NCBI GenBank assembly: GCA_049964715.1
Contig: JBMFXB010000002.1
Location: 12,386 to 76,385, forward strand
Source of the DNA: Candidatus Dormibacteria bacterium
Lineage (GTDB): Bacteria > Chloroflexota > Dormibacteria > Aeolococcales > Aeolococcaceae
Direction of reading: 5' to 3'
DNA: 64,000 nt
Under the pieces are notes generated by a model. It made no database searches. It saw only the letters and a list, made by a program, of their open reading frames with translations, and was not told the DNA's origin. The number at the start of each line of letters is the position of its first letter. Positions within the stretch are counted from its first letter, which is position 1. Below, in pieces: positions 40,136 to 50,028 of the stretch. A program made the position numbers and the translations under genes.

Positions 40136-40540
40136 CTATTCAAGACCTTGTGAGGACAATCGTGTACGGTCGATATGCATCATGGCATCAAGAGCTGGAG
40201 TGACCCTCCTTTCGAGGATGAGGAGACGTGGTCTTGTGCTTCTGGAGAGTTGATGGGGATCAACTACTTTCGATGGCCCACGTACTGCATCATGCGGAAA
40301 CTGATCCCGTGTAATATCAAGTTCCTCACCTGAATGAAGGACGAGAAGGTAGTGGGGCACGTTATTGTACGTTGTCCGAAGTATGGTCCCTCCGAGATAC
40401 GAATGGAGGATGAGTGTTGTCACAGCACACTGGCCAGTTGATGGAAGTTCTGCTGTCCACTGCTCTGCTTTCCAGGCAGTAGTAGCATCCCATGCCTGCT
40501 CAAAAATTGCGCGAATTGCTGCTATGCGCTGTGGATCCAT
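40136..40540 (-). CDS. Hypothetical protein
   Basis: ORF extends to 40744 but overlaps the divergent methyltransferase. Trimmed to the internal Met (MDPQRIAAIRAIF). No motif. Confidence 0.35.
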   Translation of the reverse strand: MDPQRIAAIRAIFEQAWDATTAWKAEQWTAELPSTGQCAVTTLILHSYLGGTILRTTYNNVPHYLLVLHSGEELDITRDQFPHDAVRGPSKVVDPHQLSRSTRPRLLILERRVTPALDAMMHIDRTRLSSQGLE

Positions 40541-40611
40541 TCTCCCCTCCTGCAGTATCGTAGGTACACTACCATGTCCCTTCTGCCTTCGTCCAGTGGA
40601 ATGTAAAATGA

Positions 40612-41421
40612 ATGACCAAGGGGTACACATCCATGTCATCACTGCGCAACATCGCATGGAAACAAGTCGATCCAGCTCTCTATGATGCTGTTCGCCCACA
40701 GTATCCAGAAGAACTTCTTGCTCAGTGCAGTGACGTTCTTGCAATCACACCAACGACACGGATCCTTGAGATTGGTGCTGGAACTGGCATTGCGACCAGG
40801 CCACTCCTGATGCAGGGGAGCGTCATTGATGCACTCGAACCAGATCGCAGGTTCGCTGCTTTCCTTGCACAACGTACTTCCAGTTCACGTCTTTCTGTCC
40901 ATGCTTTCAGCCTTGAACAATGGATCCCAAGTACACCTGCCCATCATGTGGTAGCTGCCAACAGCTGGCACTGGCTCAATGCGGATACAGCCCGTAGTGC
41001 ACTTCAGAATGTGGTTCAGCCTGATGGACTTCTTGCAGTCCTCGAGTACCACCACTGTTCTGGTGGCAATATGGATGCATTCGAAGCGATCCACTGCCCC
41101 CTAAACTGCAAATCTCCTGGAAGGAATACATTCATACGAAGTGCACAGGAAATCATCAACGACATATGTGCACAGTGGCAACACTACCATCCAGTACTCC
41201 CTCCCACTGCTGTGGAAGTAGCCATTCCGTACACAGCTGAAGCCTACTGCAATCTCATCGCAACATATCCCGATATACTTGCCCTTCCCCCAATGGCATA
41301 TGAAAACATTCTTGCAACTTCACGAGTCGTCATTGAGGCACTTCCGGATCACACGATATGGAAGAACTATCTCTTCTCACTTACCATCATCGAGATTTCC
41401 GCCTTTCTCGGTACTCCCTAA
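40612..41421 (+). CDS. Class I SAM-dependent methyltransferase
   Basis: ILEIGAGTGIATRPL motif I (ExGxGxG) and LLAVLEY post-motif. Confidence 0.65.
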   Translation: MTKGYTSMSSLRNIAWKQVDPALYDAVRPQYPEELLAQCSDVLAITPTTRILEIGAGTGIATRPLLMQGSVIDALEPDRRFAAFLAQRTSSSRLSVHAFSLEQWIPSTPAHHVVAANSWHWLNADTARSALQNVVQPDGLLAVLEYHHCSGGNMDAFEAIHCPLNCKSPGRNTFIRSAQEIINDICAQWQHYHPVLPPTAVEVAIPYTAEAYCNLIATYPDILALPPMAYENILATSRVVIEALPDHTIWKNYLFSLTIIEISAFLGTP

Positions 41422-41486
41422 TACGGAATGCCTAGCGCTTCAGGCAGTGAAACAACGACAATAGGGAGAAGATCGACAGATCTCAC

Positions 41487-44117
41487 ATGGAGATACCCGC
41501 AATGGCCACTGGTCTCGATTCCCTGCAGCGCACAGATGCTGAAGCACGTGCTCGTCTTCTCAGCAATATTTCGTATGATGTCACCCTTTCCCTCTCTAAA
41601 GATCCAAAGCAGGAGACATTTTCCAGTACTTCTGCAATCACATTTGACTGCAGTGGGGATAATGCATCAACATTCTTGGATGTCAACGCTCGTTCCATCC
41701 ACAAAGTCATGCTCAACGGTCGGGAACTCCGTCCAGATGAGTACACATTCCGTGAAGGGAAAAGACTTGAAATCAGCGGGCTTTCTCGTGGTTCGAATAC
41801 TCTCACGATCGTTGCTGAGATGGAATACGGCCAGACGGGCGTTGGGCTGCATCGCTTCGTGGATCCAAGTGACCAACAGGTCTACCTGCATTCCCATTTC
41901 GAACCTTTCGACGCCCATCTCATGTATCCCTGCTTCGACCAACCAGATCTCAAGGCCACGTACAGCTTTCATGTAACTGGACCCAAAGACTGGAAGATTG
42001 TATCCAACTCTCCTGCAGCTGCCATACACGCTCTTCCATCAGGCGAGCAACTGGTTGACTTTGCTCCAACGAAGACGCTGTCAACATACCTTACTGCCCT
42101 TGTAGCTGGTCCATTCGATGAATACAAAGATCAGTACAATGGTGTTCCCCTTTCCATCTACTGCAGAAAGTCTCTTGCACCGTACATGACCCCAAAAGAG
42201 CTTGATGAGATGTTCACATTGACAAAGCAGGGTCTTGCCTACTACGAACAGCTCTACGGTGTACCGTATCCCTTTCCAAAGTACGACCAGCTTTTCGTGC
42301 CGGAATTCAATGCAGGTGCCATGGAAAATCCAGGATGCATTACCTTTCGTGAAGACTATATCTTTCGGGGTGTTGTAACGGATGCTGCCCGGGAAAATCG
42401 TGCAAATACGATTCTTCATGAGATGGCCCACATGTGGTTTGGCGACTACGTGACGATGAAGTGGTGGAATGATCTCTGGCTCAATGAAAGCTTCGCAACG
42501 ATGATGTCGTACCTTGCACTCACGGAGGCAACCCGGTTCAAGCAGGCTTGGGTAAGCTTTGCAAATACGGAAAAGTCGTGGGCTGCACGCCAGGATCAGC
42601 TTCCAACAACCCACCCCATTGCGAATGATGCTCCAGATACAGAAACAGCAGAAACGAACTTCGATGGCATCACATATGCAAAGGGAGCTTCCGTACTACG
42701 TCAGCTCCTGCCATACGTTGGCCGTGACAACTTCTTCACGGGGCTGCGGTCGTACTTCAGTACATATGGCTGGGGCAATGCAACACTCCAGGACTTTCTT
42801 GCCAAACTTGCTGCAGCTTCCGGCAAGGACTTGACAACATGGTCCAGGCTGTGGCTTGAAACGACCGGGATTTCAACAATGTCCACCCGTACGAATGAGT
42901 CAGGTGGAGTGTATACGTCGTTTGCAGTACGGCAGCGTGTGCCAAAAGACCATCCGACCCTTCGTCCACACATCATGAATATTGGACTGTACAACCTGGA
43001 TGCATCAGGAAAGCTCATTCGGACACGATGCCTTGAGAATGTCGCGATACATGGCTCATCCACAGACATACCTGAACTCATCGGAGAGCGCGTGCCGGAT
43101 CTGCTCGTGCTCAATGACCAGGATCTTACCTTTACAAAGGTTCGATTTGATTCCAAGTCCTTATCGACACTGGTCCATCATCTTTCTGACATACCCGATC
43201 CCCTTACCCGCTCTCTCTGTTGGGCAGCGTCTTGGGACATGCTGCGAGATGCAGAGCTGTCTGGCAGTGCATTTATCGCACTCTTTGCAGAACAGGCACC
43301 CCATGAAACAGAAGTCGCTACTGTAGAACGTCTCATTGCACAGGCAAAAAGTGCAGCTACCCTGTATGGGCATCCTTCCACACGCGATGCCAAGCTTGCC
43401 TCGCTTGCACAGACAGCACACTCTGCGTACACGACTGCGAAGGATGGTTCCGATCTTCAGCTTGCATGGTTCAAGGCTTTTATTGCATTTGCGACATCTG
43501 ACACTGAATTGACAATGGTAAGGGAGTACCTTGACGGTACAAAAACGGTACCAGGCATTCCTGTACACACGGATCCACAACTTCGCTGGCTTCTTATCAA
43601 CCGCCTGGCACAAGCCGGGAAGGTTGATGCTACCTTCATCGAAAGAGAGCAGAAGCGGGAAAACACGGATCTCAGCCAACTTCGGGGTGCAACTGCTCTT
43701 GCTGCACTCCCAACAAAAGAAGCAAAGGAGCAGGCATGGCTTCGACTCACGGCGGATCCCACGCTTTCGTTGTACCTACGTGAAGCCATCCTCGCAGGAT
43801 TTCAACAACCTGGACAAGAGTCACTCACGAAAGAGTACATCACCAAGTACTTTGCACAACTCCCTTCGATGTGGACTTCGTACGATCATGAGACTGCAGC
43901 TGCAATGACTACGATGCTTTACCCATCATTTACTGTCTCCAAGGAGACTCTTGCAGCAACGAAAAGTGCCATAGGGGATGCCCGGCTTCCCTTTTCTGCA
44001 CGACGCTCTCTTCTTGAATCTGAGGACACTGCCAAGCGCATGCTTAAGGCACGAGCCCTGGATCGTACAGCTCCTCGTCCAGGAAGTCCCGAAGCACGTT
44101 CAGTGGACAAATTCTAG
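41487..44117 (+). CDS. pepN: Aminopeptidase N (M1 family)
   Basis: GAMEN exopeptidase motif (NAGAMENPG), HEMAHMWFGD HExxH zinc motif and the downstream WLNESFA glutamate. 876 aa. Confidence 0.9.
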   Translation: MEIPAMATGLDSLQRTDAEARARLLSNISYDVTLSLSKDPKQETFSSTSAITFDCSGDNASTFLDVNARSIHKVMLNGRELRPDEYTFREGKRLEISGLSRGSNTLTIVAEMEYGQTGVGLHRFVDPSDQQVYLHSHFEPFDAHLMYPCFDQPDLKATYSFHVTGPKDWKIVSNSPAAAIHALPSGEQLVDFAPTKTLSTYLTALVAGPFDEYKDQYNGVPLSIYCRKSLAPYMTPKELDEMFTLTKQGLAYYEQLYGVPYPFPKYDQLFVPEFNAGAMENPGCITFREDYIFRGVVTDAARENRANTILHEMAHMWFGDYVTMKWWNDLWLNESFATMMSYLALTEATRFKQAWVSFANTEKSWAARQDQLPTTHPIANDAPDTETAETNFDGITYAKGASVLRQLLPYVGRDNFFTGLRSYFSTYGWGNATLQDFLAKLAAASGKDLTTWSRLWLETTGISTMSTRTNESGGVYTSFAVRQRVPKDHPTLRPHIMNIGLYNLDASGKLIRTRCLENVAIHGSSTDIPELIGERVPDLLVLNDQDLTFTKVRFDSKSLSTLVHHLSDIPDPLTRSLCWAASWDMLRDAELSGSAFIALFAEQAPHETEVATVERLIAQAKSAATLYGHPSTRDAKLASLAQTAHSAYTTAKDGSDLQLAWFKAFIAFATSDTELTMVREYLDGTKTVPGIPVHTDPQLRWLLINRLAQAGKVDATFIEREQKRENTDLSQLRGATALAALPTKEAKEQAWLRLTADPTLSLYLREAILAGFQQPGQESLTKEYITKYFAQLPSMWTSYDHETAAAMTTMLYPSFTVSKETLAATKSAIGDARLPFSARRSLLESEDTAKRMLKARALDRTAPRPGSPEARSVDKF

Positions 44118-44134
44118 AGGCAGAAATGGCTCTC

Positions 44135-44168
44135 CTGGGTGGAGCAGGATCAATCTTGCTCCACCCAG
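44135..44168. terminator. Bidirectional terminator hairpin between convergent pepN and the ferredoxin-NADP reductase gene
   Basis: CTGGGTGGAGC-aggatcaatctt-GCTCCACCCAG, 11 bp perfect stem. Confidence 0.55.
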
Positions 44169-44185
44169 GATGCAGTACCTGTGAC

Positions 44186-44980
44186 CTACTCAGGCCAGTA
44201 CTGCTCCTCATGGATCTGGTTGATGTTCAAGCCTTTCCTCTTCAGGATCTCCTTCGCATGCGTGATCATGCCTGGATGACCACACAGATATGCTGCACCA
44301 GAGCCCGGTACAATACTGAGTTCATCAGCATACTTGCGAAGAAGCTCATCTACGCGGCCAGTTTCTCCTGTCCAGTCAGGATGTTCCCATGGCCGACTGA
44401 GCGTTGGAACATACCTGAACCATGATTCAGATTCAGAGAGAGCATTCAATTCCTCTGCATATCCGAGCTCAGCACTATGGCTTGCACCATGAAGAAGCAG
44501 GACATTCCTGTCTTCTGCGTCTGTTCCGTTTTGCCGCTCCCGAACCATGGTGCGAAGTGTACTTACATACGGCGCAACTCCAGTTACCGTTGCAACAAAG
44601 AGGAGTGGTCCATGCATCAAGGGAAGGTTCTTGAGAAAAAGTCCCTTCGCTTTCTTTCTCACAACGAGTTCCGTGCCTGGCTTGCACGCATGAAGGGGAA
44701 CAGAGAGTTCGCCTCCAGGAACGCGTTCAAGAAAAAGGTCGATGACATGATCCTCAAGCGGAGATGAACATACAGAGTATGGCCGTTCAATAAGACTGCC
44801 CTGTACATCCAACCCTATTGTCACATACTGACCAGACCGGAATGGTATGGTTTCTTCCAGCTGTATACGTATGAGCCACAGATCCTCAGTAAGATCCGTA
44901 CGGTCGATGATTGCTGCAGTTGTAAACTTCTCTCGATCGATGGTGTGTGCTTCCACACATTCAGTGTAGACATTTCTCAC
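44186..44980 (-). CDS. Ferredoxin--NADP+ reductase-type flavoprotein
   Basis: RPYSVCSSP (RxYS FAD-binding motif) and a later NAD(P)-binding region (LLHGASHSAELGY). Confidence 0.7.
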   Translation of the reverse strand: MRNVYTECVEAHTIDREKFTTAAIIDRTDLTEDLWLIRIQLEETIPFRSGQYVTIGLDVQGSLIERPYSVCSSPLEDHVIDLFLERVPGGELSVPLHACKPGTELVVRKKAKGLFLKNLPLMHGPLLFVATVTGVAPYVSTLRTMVRERQNGTDAEDRNVLLLHGASHSAELGYAEELNALSESESWFRYVPTLSRPWEHPDWTGETGRVDELLRKYADELSIVPGSGAAYLCGHPGMITHAKEILKRKGLNINQIHEEQYWPE

Positions 44981-45014
44981 ACGACACTGCTCCTACCACC
45001 TCGAGCAAAGACAT

Positions 45015-45353
45015 CTAGTCTTCAGATTGCTTAGGAGAGCCAGCAATGTCCAGCACCCATTCCGGGAGTCCTGTGTCTACCCCACTATCAGTCCCAGTAC
45101 CCCGTTCCAGGTGACTTATGTGTCGCCAGTATGGTGCTGTCAGACGCCACGTCCGACCACAGGAACATTGCCACATTGAACGTGGGCCAATCGTTGTGAG
45201 TTCATCCTCGGATGGAAACTCGCACTCATGACTGTCTCCGTTTTCGCTATCCCACAGCACAAGAGGTGTCACATGCTCTGAGCGTTCGACTTTCCGGATC
45301 CAGTGTCCCAATGCGGATCTCCTTTCATGGCGTGGAAAAGCTGCATCCAGCAT
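45015..45353 (-). CDS. Hypothetical protein (possible Cys-rich zinc-binding)
   Basis: HECEF...CSCGRTW cysteine/histidine cluster. Downstream of the anti-sigma gene. Confidence 0.35.
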   Translation of the reverse strand: MLDAAFPRHERRSALGHWIRKVERSEHVTPLVLWDSENGDSHECEFPSEDELTTIGPRSMWQCSCGRTWRLTAPYWRHISHLERGTGTDSGVDTGLPEWVLDIAGSPKQSED

Positions 45354-45388
45354 ACAGTGACTGGATGGCCCTTGTGGAGGGGGGAGAA

Positions 45389-45961
45389 TTATCCAAAACG
45401 CGGTGAAGGGATACCCGTTGGAGCAGGTGGCTGAACAGGAAGTGACTGATTTGCAACCACAGGAGGTGTGGGCTGTACTGAAGGAGGCGATGGTGTGGGT
45501 CGTGCTGAATGTGGTGCATTCCCATGATGTGAACCCTTCTGACTCTGTGCTTCATGCTGGGAATTACCATGACTGCTTGCTTTTGCTTGCGTTCGCACCT
45601 GAACACCATGCATGGAAGCATGGGAACTCACACAAGAACCGACACCATGATTATTCGATTGGCTCCTGCACACTATTGTCTGCTGCGAAATGGAATGCCC
45701 CCAGACAAGGGGATCCGGACTTCCCGTTACTACTGCTTTCACGCCAACTGATGCTCCTGCAAGTAGAAGAGCAGTAAGTCCTCCTACTGCCAGCTTGTTG
45801 AGCATGAGACCCGCAGCACTTGCCTTCCAGAGCCACCGGAAGTGATGGGGCCGGGAACGATTCTTCCACATAGCATCGGGAATCTGGGCATGCTGCATCT
45901 CCGTCACACGAACCTGAAGTTCGTGTTGCAGCTGCTTCTCGAATGGTGTCAGATCGTTCAT
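45389..45961 (-). CDS. Putative anti-sigma factor / membrane protein with His-rich extracytoplasmic region
   Basis: Immediately downstream of the ECF sigma gene. Single TM (GLMLNKLAVGGLTALLLAGASVGV). Extracellular part is rich in His/Ser/Gln (SHGNSQHEAQSQKGSHHGNAPHS) with a Pro-rich tail. Confidence 0.5.
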   Translation of the reverse strand: MNDLTPFEKQLQHELQVRVTEMQHAQIPDAMWKNRSRPHHFRWLWKASAAGLMLNKLAVGGLTALLLAGASVGVKAVVTGSPDPLVWGHSISQQTIVCRSQSNNHGVGSCVSSHASMHGVQVRTQAKASSHGNSQHEAQSQKGSHHGNAPHSARPTPSPPSVQPTPPVVANQSLPVQPPAPTGIPSPRFG

Positions 45962-46021
45962 GCGTATTCTACAGCTCCCCTGTTCTATATCTGATAACGC
46001 TTGTGACTGGCAAAGTAGCCA

Positions 46022-46594
46022 CTACTTTTCTTCTTCCCACTTCAGTTCCTTCTGCAGCCGGTTTCTTGCAAGACTCAACCGTGAAGCGACTGTACTCTCC
46101 GAAGTCCGAAGGATTCTTCCAATCTCACGATTCGTATAGCCATATGCATATCGCAGTACTACACACACTCTTTGTGCATGGGGGAGATTCTGGATGGCCT
46201 CCATCACAGATGTGGTGTATAACGGTGTACTGGTTGATGCGACAACACGTTCTTCAACATCGTCTCCAAGCCCTACCATTGCCCGGATGCGTTTGGACCG
46301 TATGTGGGAAATGACGACACGATATGCAATAGTAAGGAGCCAGTGGGCTGCAGGTGCATCTGGTCGCCATCGATCCCAAGCCTTGTACGCACGGACAAAA
46401 GTTTCCTGCGTACAGTCCTCTGCGGCATGCTCGTCTCGAATCAATGACCTGACAAAGAAAAGAACATGCTGGTATTCCGTTCTGTACAGCTGCTCAAAAT
46501 CCACCTCGGATCCAGGACAGTAATCCTCATGAAAAGCACCTTCCTCGGCTCCGAAGTGCATAGCCCCAGGGCTCAGAGAAGACTGGTCCTCCAT
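46022..46594 (-). CDS. RNA polymerase sigma-70 factor, ECF subfamily
   Basis: Region 2 (DCTQETFVRAYKAWDRW) and region 4 HTH (VCVVLRYAYGYTNREIGRILRTSESTVASRLSLARNRL). Confidence 0.8.
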   Translation of the reverse strand: MEDQSSLSPGAMHFGAEEGAFHEDYCPGSEVDFEQLYRTEYQHVLFFVRSLIRDEHAAEDCTQETFVRAYKAWDRWRPDAPAAHWLLTIAYRVVISHIRSKRIRAMVGLGDDVEERVVASTSTPLYTTSVMEAIQNLPHAQRVCVVLRYAYGYTNREIGRILRTSESTVASRLSLARNRLQKELKWEEEK

Positions 46595-46719
46595 GACTGG
46601 GCTGTACCTCCACCTGCTGACCGCACAAGCGGTTCACTGCACTTGTTTTGTCCTCTACACAGTACCACTGCTCTCTGTGCCAGGCTCCTCAATGAGGAAA
46701 CGTACACCGGCGCTCCCCA

Positions 46720-46769
46720 ACAAATACAGAAAAGGTGCCCTATCCACCGCAAGCGGCATACAGGGCACC
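46720..46769 (-). terminator. Rho-independent terminator between the upstream secreted-protein gene and the ECF sigma gene
   Basis: On the - strand: GGTGCCCT-(20 nt loop)-AGGGCACC followed by TTTTCTGTATTTGTT. Stem at 46734-46769. Confidence 0.55.
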
Positions 46770-46790
46770 TGTGACGATGGTGCTTCTTGG

Positions 46791-47192
46791 TCAGTGAGAT
46801 CCAGCAGCACTTCCTGGCGAAACTGGAACATGACTACTGTTGTGCTGTGTGGCAGCAGCAGCTCGATGCTTCTGGCCATTGCTGCTCGCTACCTTTTTAA
46901 CACACTGCCCAATGCCATGCTGTCCTGCTGTCAGGGCTGCCTTGCATGATGCTACAGCCTGAACAACGAGTGCTCCATGAGTCGATGTCGCTGGCGTTGC
47001 CGTTGCTGATGGTGAAGGTGAAGCAGCAGGACTCACTGCTGGAGTCGATGCTGGAGAAGAGGTGCTACTGGGATTTGGGAGTTTGACAGAAGCAGGAACG
47101 ACTGCTGCTGCTGTAACAAGACCTGCTCCAACGACTGCAACTGCTGCAACTGCCTTCGCAGAGATTCCAAGTGATGAGAGGAACTGAAACAT
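46791..47192 (-). CDS. Secreted low-complexity Ala/Ser/Pro/Thr-rich protein
   Basis: Signal-like N-terminus (AVAAVAVVGAGLVTAAAVV) and SPASTPAVSPAASPSPSATATPAT low-complexity region. Confidence 0.4.
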   Translation of the reverse strand: MFQFLSSLGISAKAVAAVAVVGAGLVTAAAVVPASVKLPNPSSTSSPASTPAVSPAASPSPSATATPATSTHGALVVQAVASCKAALTAGQHGIGQCVKKVASSNGQKHRAAAATQHNSSHVPVSPGSAAGSH

Positions 47193-47278
47193 GCGAACAA
47201 CCTCCTTATAGAACTCTCAGTTCATACCTTCTGACAGTGAAACGCTCCAGCAGTGTGAAGTATCCAATCCTTCGAAAT

Positions 47279-48103
47279 TCAGTCATCAACCAATTCGACA
47301 ATCCCATGAATGTCCTGTTCCAGGAGTGACCGGTGGATGCTCCTGTAGTGGATGTCGTGAAAGAGTTTTGCAGTAAGAATGCGGAGATGCCAACCTGTCA
47401 ATCGAGCAAACCCTGCAACAGCGACTGCACCGCAGATCGGACCACAGCAGTACACCCAGAAATCATTCCACACACCGGAGAATAGTGCAGGTCCGAAGCT
47501 TCGTGCAGGATTCATCGAAGCACCTGTGAGGGGTGCCCCAACACAAACGAGAACAGGAACAAGGCACCATACTGCAATGGGTGTCCACTTCGCTCTCTTC
47601 GTGGAAGCAACACAGAAGAGAATGGTTCCTACCAATGCTGCAGTGAGCAGAGCTTCAATGCCACATGCAAGCAGAGGAAAAATGTGGAAGCCAGGTTTCG
47701 TTACTGCCTCGCCAACTGCATGCGCCTCAGAACCAAATACAGTCAGCCACACAGCCATTGCACATACTGCACCAAGACACTGAAATGCAATGTAGCCAAT
47801 GAGGTTCTTCCAGGAAACATGTCCTGTGCACCAAAATGCAACGGAAACTGCTGGATTGAGATGGGCTCCACTTAGCCTGCCTATGGGAAGATATGCAACG
47901 AGCGCTCCAGCTCCTCCAAAGACTGCCCCAACACAGGCAAACCTGAAGTACGCTCCACTACCCGTCACACTGCCATGGTATGTCGCAAAGGCAATACCGA
48001 TAGCAGTGAACCCTGCAAGGAGCAAAATCAGAGTTCCAATGAGTTCGCAGAACCATTCAGGAAGAGCTGTATTCCACAGTCGATGCTGAAGCGTGCGAAT
48101 CAT
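47279..48103 (-). CDS. MIP family channel (aquaporin/glycerol facilitator)
   Basis: Two NPA boxes: SGAHLNPAVS and SMNPARSFG. Confidence 0.85.
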   Translation of the reverse strand: MIRTLQHRLWNTALPEWFCELIGTLILLLAGFTAIGIAFATYHGSVTGSGAYFRFACVGAVFGGAGALVAYLPIGRLSGAHLNPAVSVAFWCTGHVSWKNLIGYIAFQCLGAVCAMAVWLTVFGSEAHAVGEAVTKPGFHIFPLLACGIEALLTAALVGTILFCVASTKRAKWTPIAVWCLVPVLVCVGAPLTGASMNPARSFGPALFSGVWNDFWVYCCGPICGAVAVAGFARLTGWHLRILTAKLFHDIHYRSIHRSLLEQDIHGIVELVDD

Positions 48104-48810
48104 ACCTTCCCAAACCGTACCCTCAACAGATCAATGAAGGTCTCGAAAGAATCCTTGACCGAACTCACGTGTGAAGCTTCAACATGAGCCCAATGGACAG
48201 GGACTTCAAGAATGCCAATGCCTGCCCGTCTCGCACGGACAAGAGTTTCCACATCGAAACCCCACCGATAGATCGTAAGCCTGTCAAAACAGACGTGTGC
48301 TGCCTTCTCTGTATAGACCTTGCACCCACACTGTGTGTCATGGATATCCGGGAGAAGCAGGAGCCGTACCAGGATGTTGTATGTCCGTCCCATGACTTCC
48401 CTGTACCACGGCTGATGCACAGTGACAGTACTTCCCCTGAGTGCTCGTGATGCAATGACAACACCATACGTGTCAGACAACTTTCCAATGAGCAAGTCGA
48501 GATCTTCAAGAGGTGTACTGAGGTCAGCATCCACAAAAGCTCGCACATCACCCTTGGCCTCACGCATGCCCCGTTGAATGGCAGCTCCCTTTCCACGATT
48601 CACACCTGCTGCAATAACGTGCAGATTTGGCCAGTCCTGCTGGAGCCTTGTCACAGCCTCAACAGTATCATCCGTACTGCCGTCATCAACAACAATGACT
48701 TCGTATTCCTGGGAACTTTCTTTAAAGTGCTCATGCATCCGCTCAAGAGATGCAGGGAGTCTGTATGCCTCATTGTAGGCAGGAACAATTATGGACAACA
48801 CGGAATTCAA
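48100..48810 (-). CDS. Family 2 glycosyltransferase (polyprenol-phosphate sugar transferase-like)
   Basis: LSIIVPAYNEA...VIVVDDGSTDDT...FVDADLS (DxD) GT-A fold motifs. 4-nt overlap with the flanking genes. Confidence 0.75.
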   Translation of the reverse strand: MNSVLSIIVPAYNEAYRLPASLERMHEHFKESSQEYEVIVVDDGSTDDTVEAVTRLQQDWPNLHVIAAGVNRGKGAAIQRGMREAKGDVRAFVDADLSTPLEDLDLLIGKLSDTYGVVIASRALRGSTVTVHQPWYREVMGRTYNILVRLLLLPDIHDTQCGCKVYTEKAAHVCFDRLTIYRWGFDVETLVRARRAGIGILEVPVHWAHVEASHVSSVKDSFETFIDLLRVRFGKV

Positions 48811-49589
48811 CTCACTCGCCGTTCAAGACGCTCACGAAGATAAAACTCTGGGAGCACACGTTGTCTTGTAATACGCCACGGTTGAAGAAGCAGTCTCCAT
48901 GCCCACTCACCACCAATGCGCTGAACTACTTGAGGTGCACGGTGCACAACTCCTGCGAGGTAATCGAAAGTGCCACCGATACCAACCCCTACTGGCGCAT
49001 CCATAAGGGGAAGAAACCTGTCGAGAAACTCCTCCTGCTTGCCAGCCCCATACGCTGCAAACACTACCTCAGGAGAGCATTTCGCAAGTCGCTCTGCTGT
49101 CTCCTGTGTTGGATGGCCAGAGTCTGCAGCAACGATCAAGAGACCCGGAACAAGCTCTCGAGCACGTTTGGCAGCTCTTCCAGCAATGCCCGGTCCTGCA
49201 CCAACGAAAGCAACTCGATGTTCATGGAGGGCTGCTATTGGAAGATAGGCCGTAACGAGGTCTGCACCCGTTACGCGGACTGATTCAGGATGTCCACGCT
49301 TCTGCAACGCATTGACTACTCCTATTCCATCGGGAATGACTACGGAAGCACGCTCAAGAATTCCTCGGAATGCGTCGTCATTCTGTGCCCGAATAACCAT
49401 CTCTGGATTGAGGGTAACAATGAGATGTGGTGCATTCCATGCCCTGGCACCTTCGCGATGATCCTCCACAGCAGCCACGATTCCTGCAAGGGTAGTCTCC
49501 ATGTCAATGACATCGACAGGCACTCCAAGAATACGTTCTCGCTCAGGCAACACGAAATCGTGGTGCATTTGCTCGTGATTGGCTTGCAT
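48807..49589 (-). CDS. WecB/TagA/CpsF family glycosyltransferase
   Basis: ILGVPVDVIDMETTL...IVTLNPEMV...VIPDGIGVV are characteristic of the family. Start trimmed to MQANHEQ; the ORF extends to 49658 into rpsI. Confidence 0.7.
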   Translation of the reverse strand: MQANHEQMHHDFVLPERERILGVPVDVIDMETTLAGIVAAVEDHREGARAWNAPHLIVTLNPEMVIRAQNDDAFRGILERASVVIPDGIGVVNALQKRGHPESVRVTGADLVTAYLPIAALHEHRVAFVGAGPGIAGRAAKRARELVPGLLIVAADSGHPTQETAERLAKCSPEVVFAAYGAGKQEEFLDRFLPLMDAPVGVGIGGTFDYLAGVVHRAPQVVQRIGGEWAWRLLLQPWRITRQRVLPEFYLRERLERRVS

Positions 49590-49623
49590 ACTGTCACCTC
49601 CGCTTGCGGAGTGCGGGACGCGC

Positions 49624-50028
49624 TTATCGCTTCGTATATTGCGGAGCCTTGCGGGCACGCTTGAGGCCGTACTTCTTCCGTTCCTTCACACGGGAGTCCC
49701 GCGTGAGAAGCCCGGCTCGCTTGAGTGGTGTTCGGAGGGTGTCCTGCCAGATGGAAAGTGCCCGAGCAATACCGTGGCTTACAGCACCTGCCTGACCTGA
49801 CATACCTCCGCCTTCAACCTTTATGGTCCCTGAGCACTTGCCCAAGAGTCCTGTCACACGTAGTGGTTGCATGATGACGATTTCAAGGTCTCTACGGCCG
49901 AAGTACTCACTGGGGGATTTTCCATTGATGACAAATGACCCCTCACCGGAAAAGAGACGTACACGCGCGATCGACGATTTCCGTCGACCAGTTCCGTAGA
50001 AGTATTTCTGCTCAATCATTGCTGTCAC
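49624..50028 (-). CDS. rpsI: 30S ribosomal protein S9
   Basis: C-terminus GGGMSGQAGAVSHGIARAL...KKYGLKRARKAPQYTKR. Confidence 0.95.
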   Translation of the reverse strand: MTAMIEQKYFYGTGRRKSSIARVRLFSGEGSFVINGKSPSEYFGRRDLEIVIMQPLRVTGLLGKCSGTIKVEGGGMSGQAGAVSHGIARALSIWQDTLRTPLKRAGLLTRDSRVKERKKYGLKRARKAPQYTKR

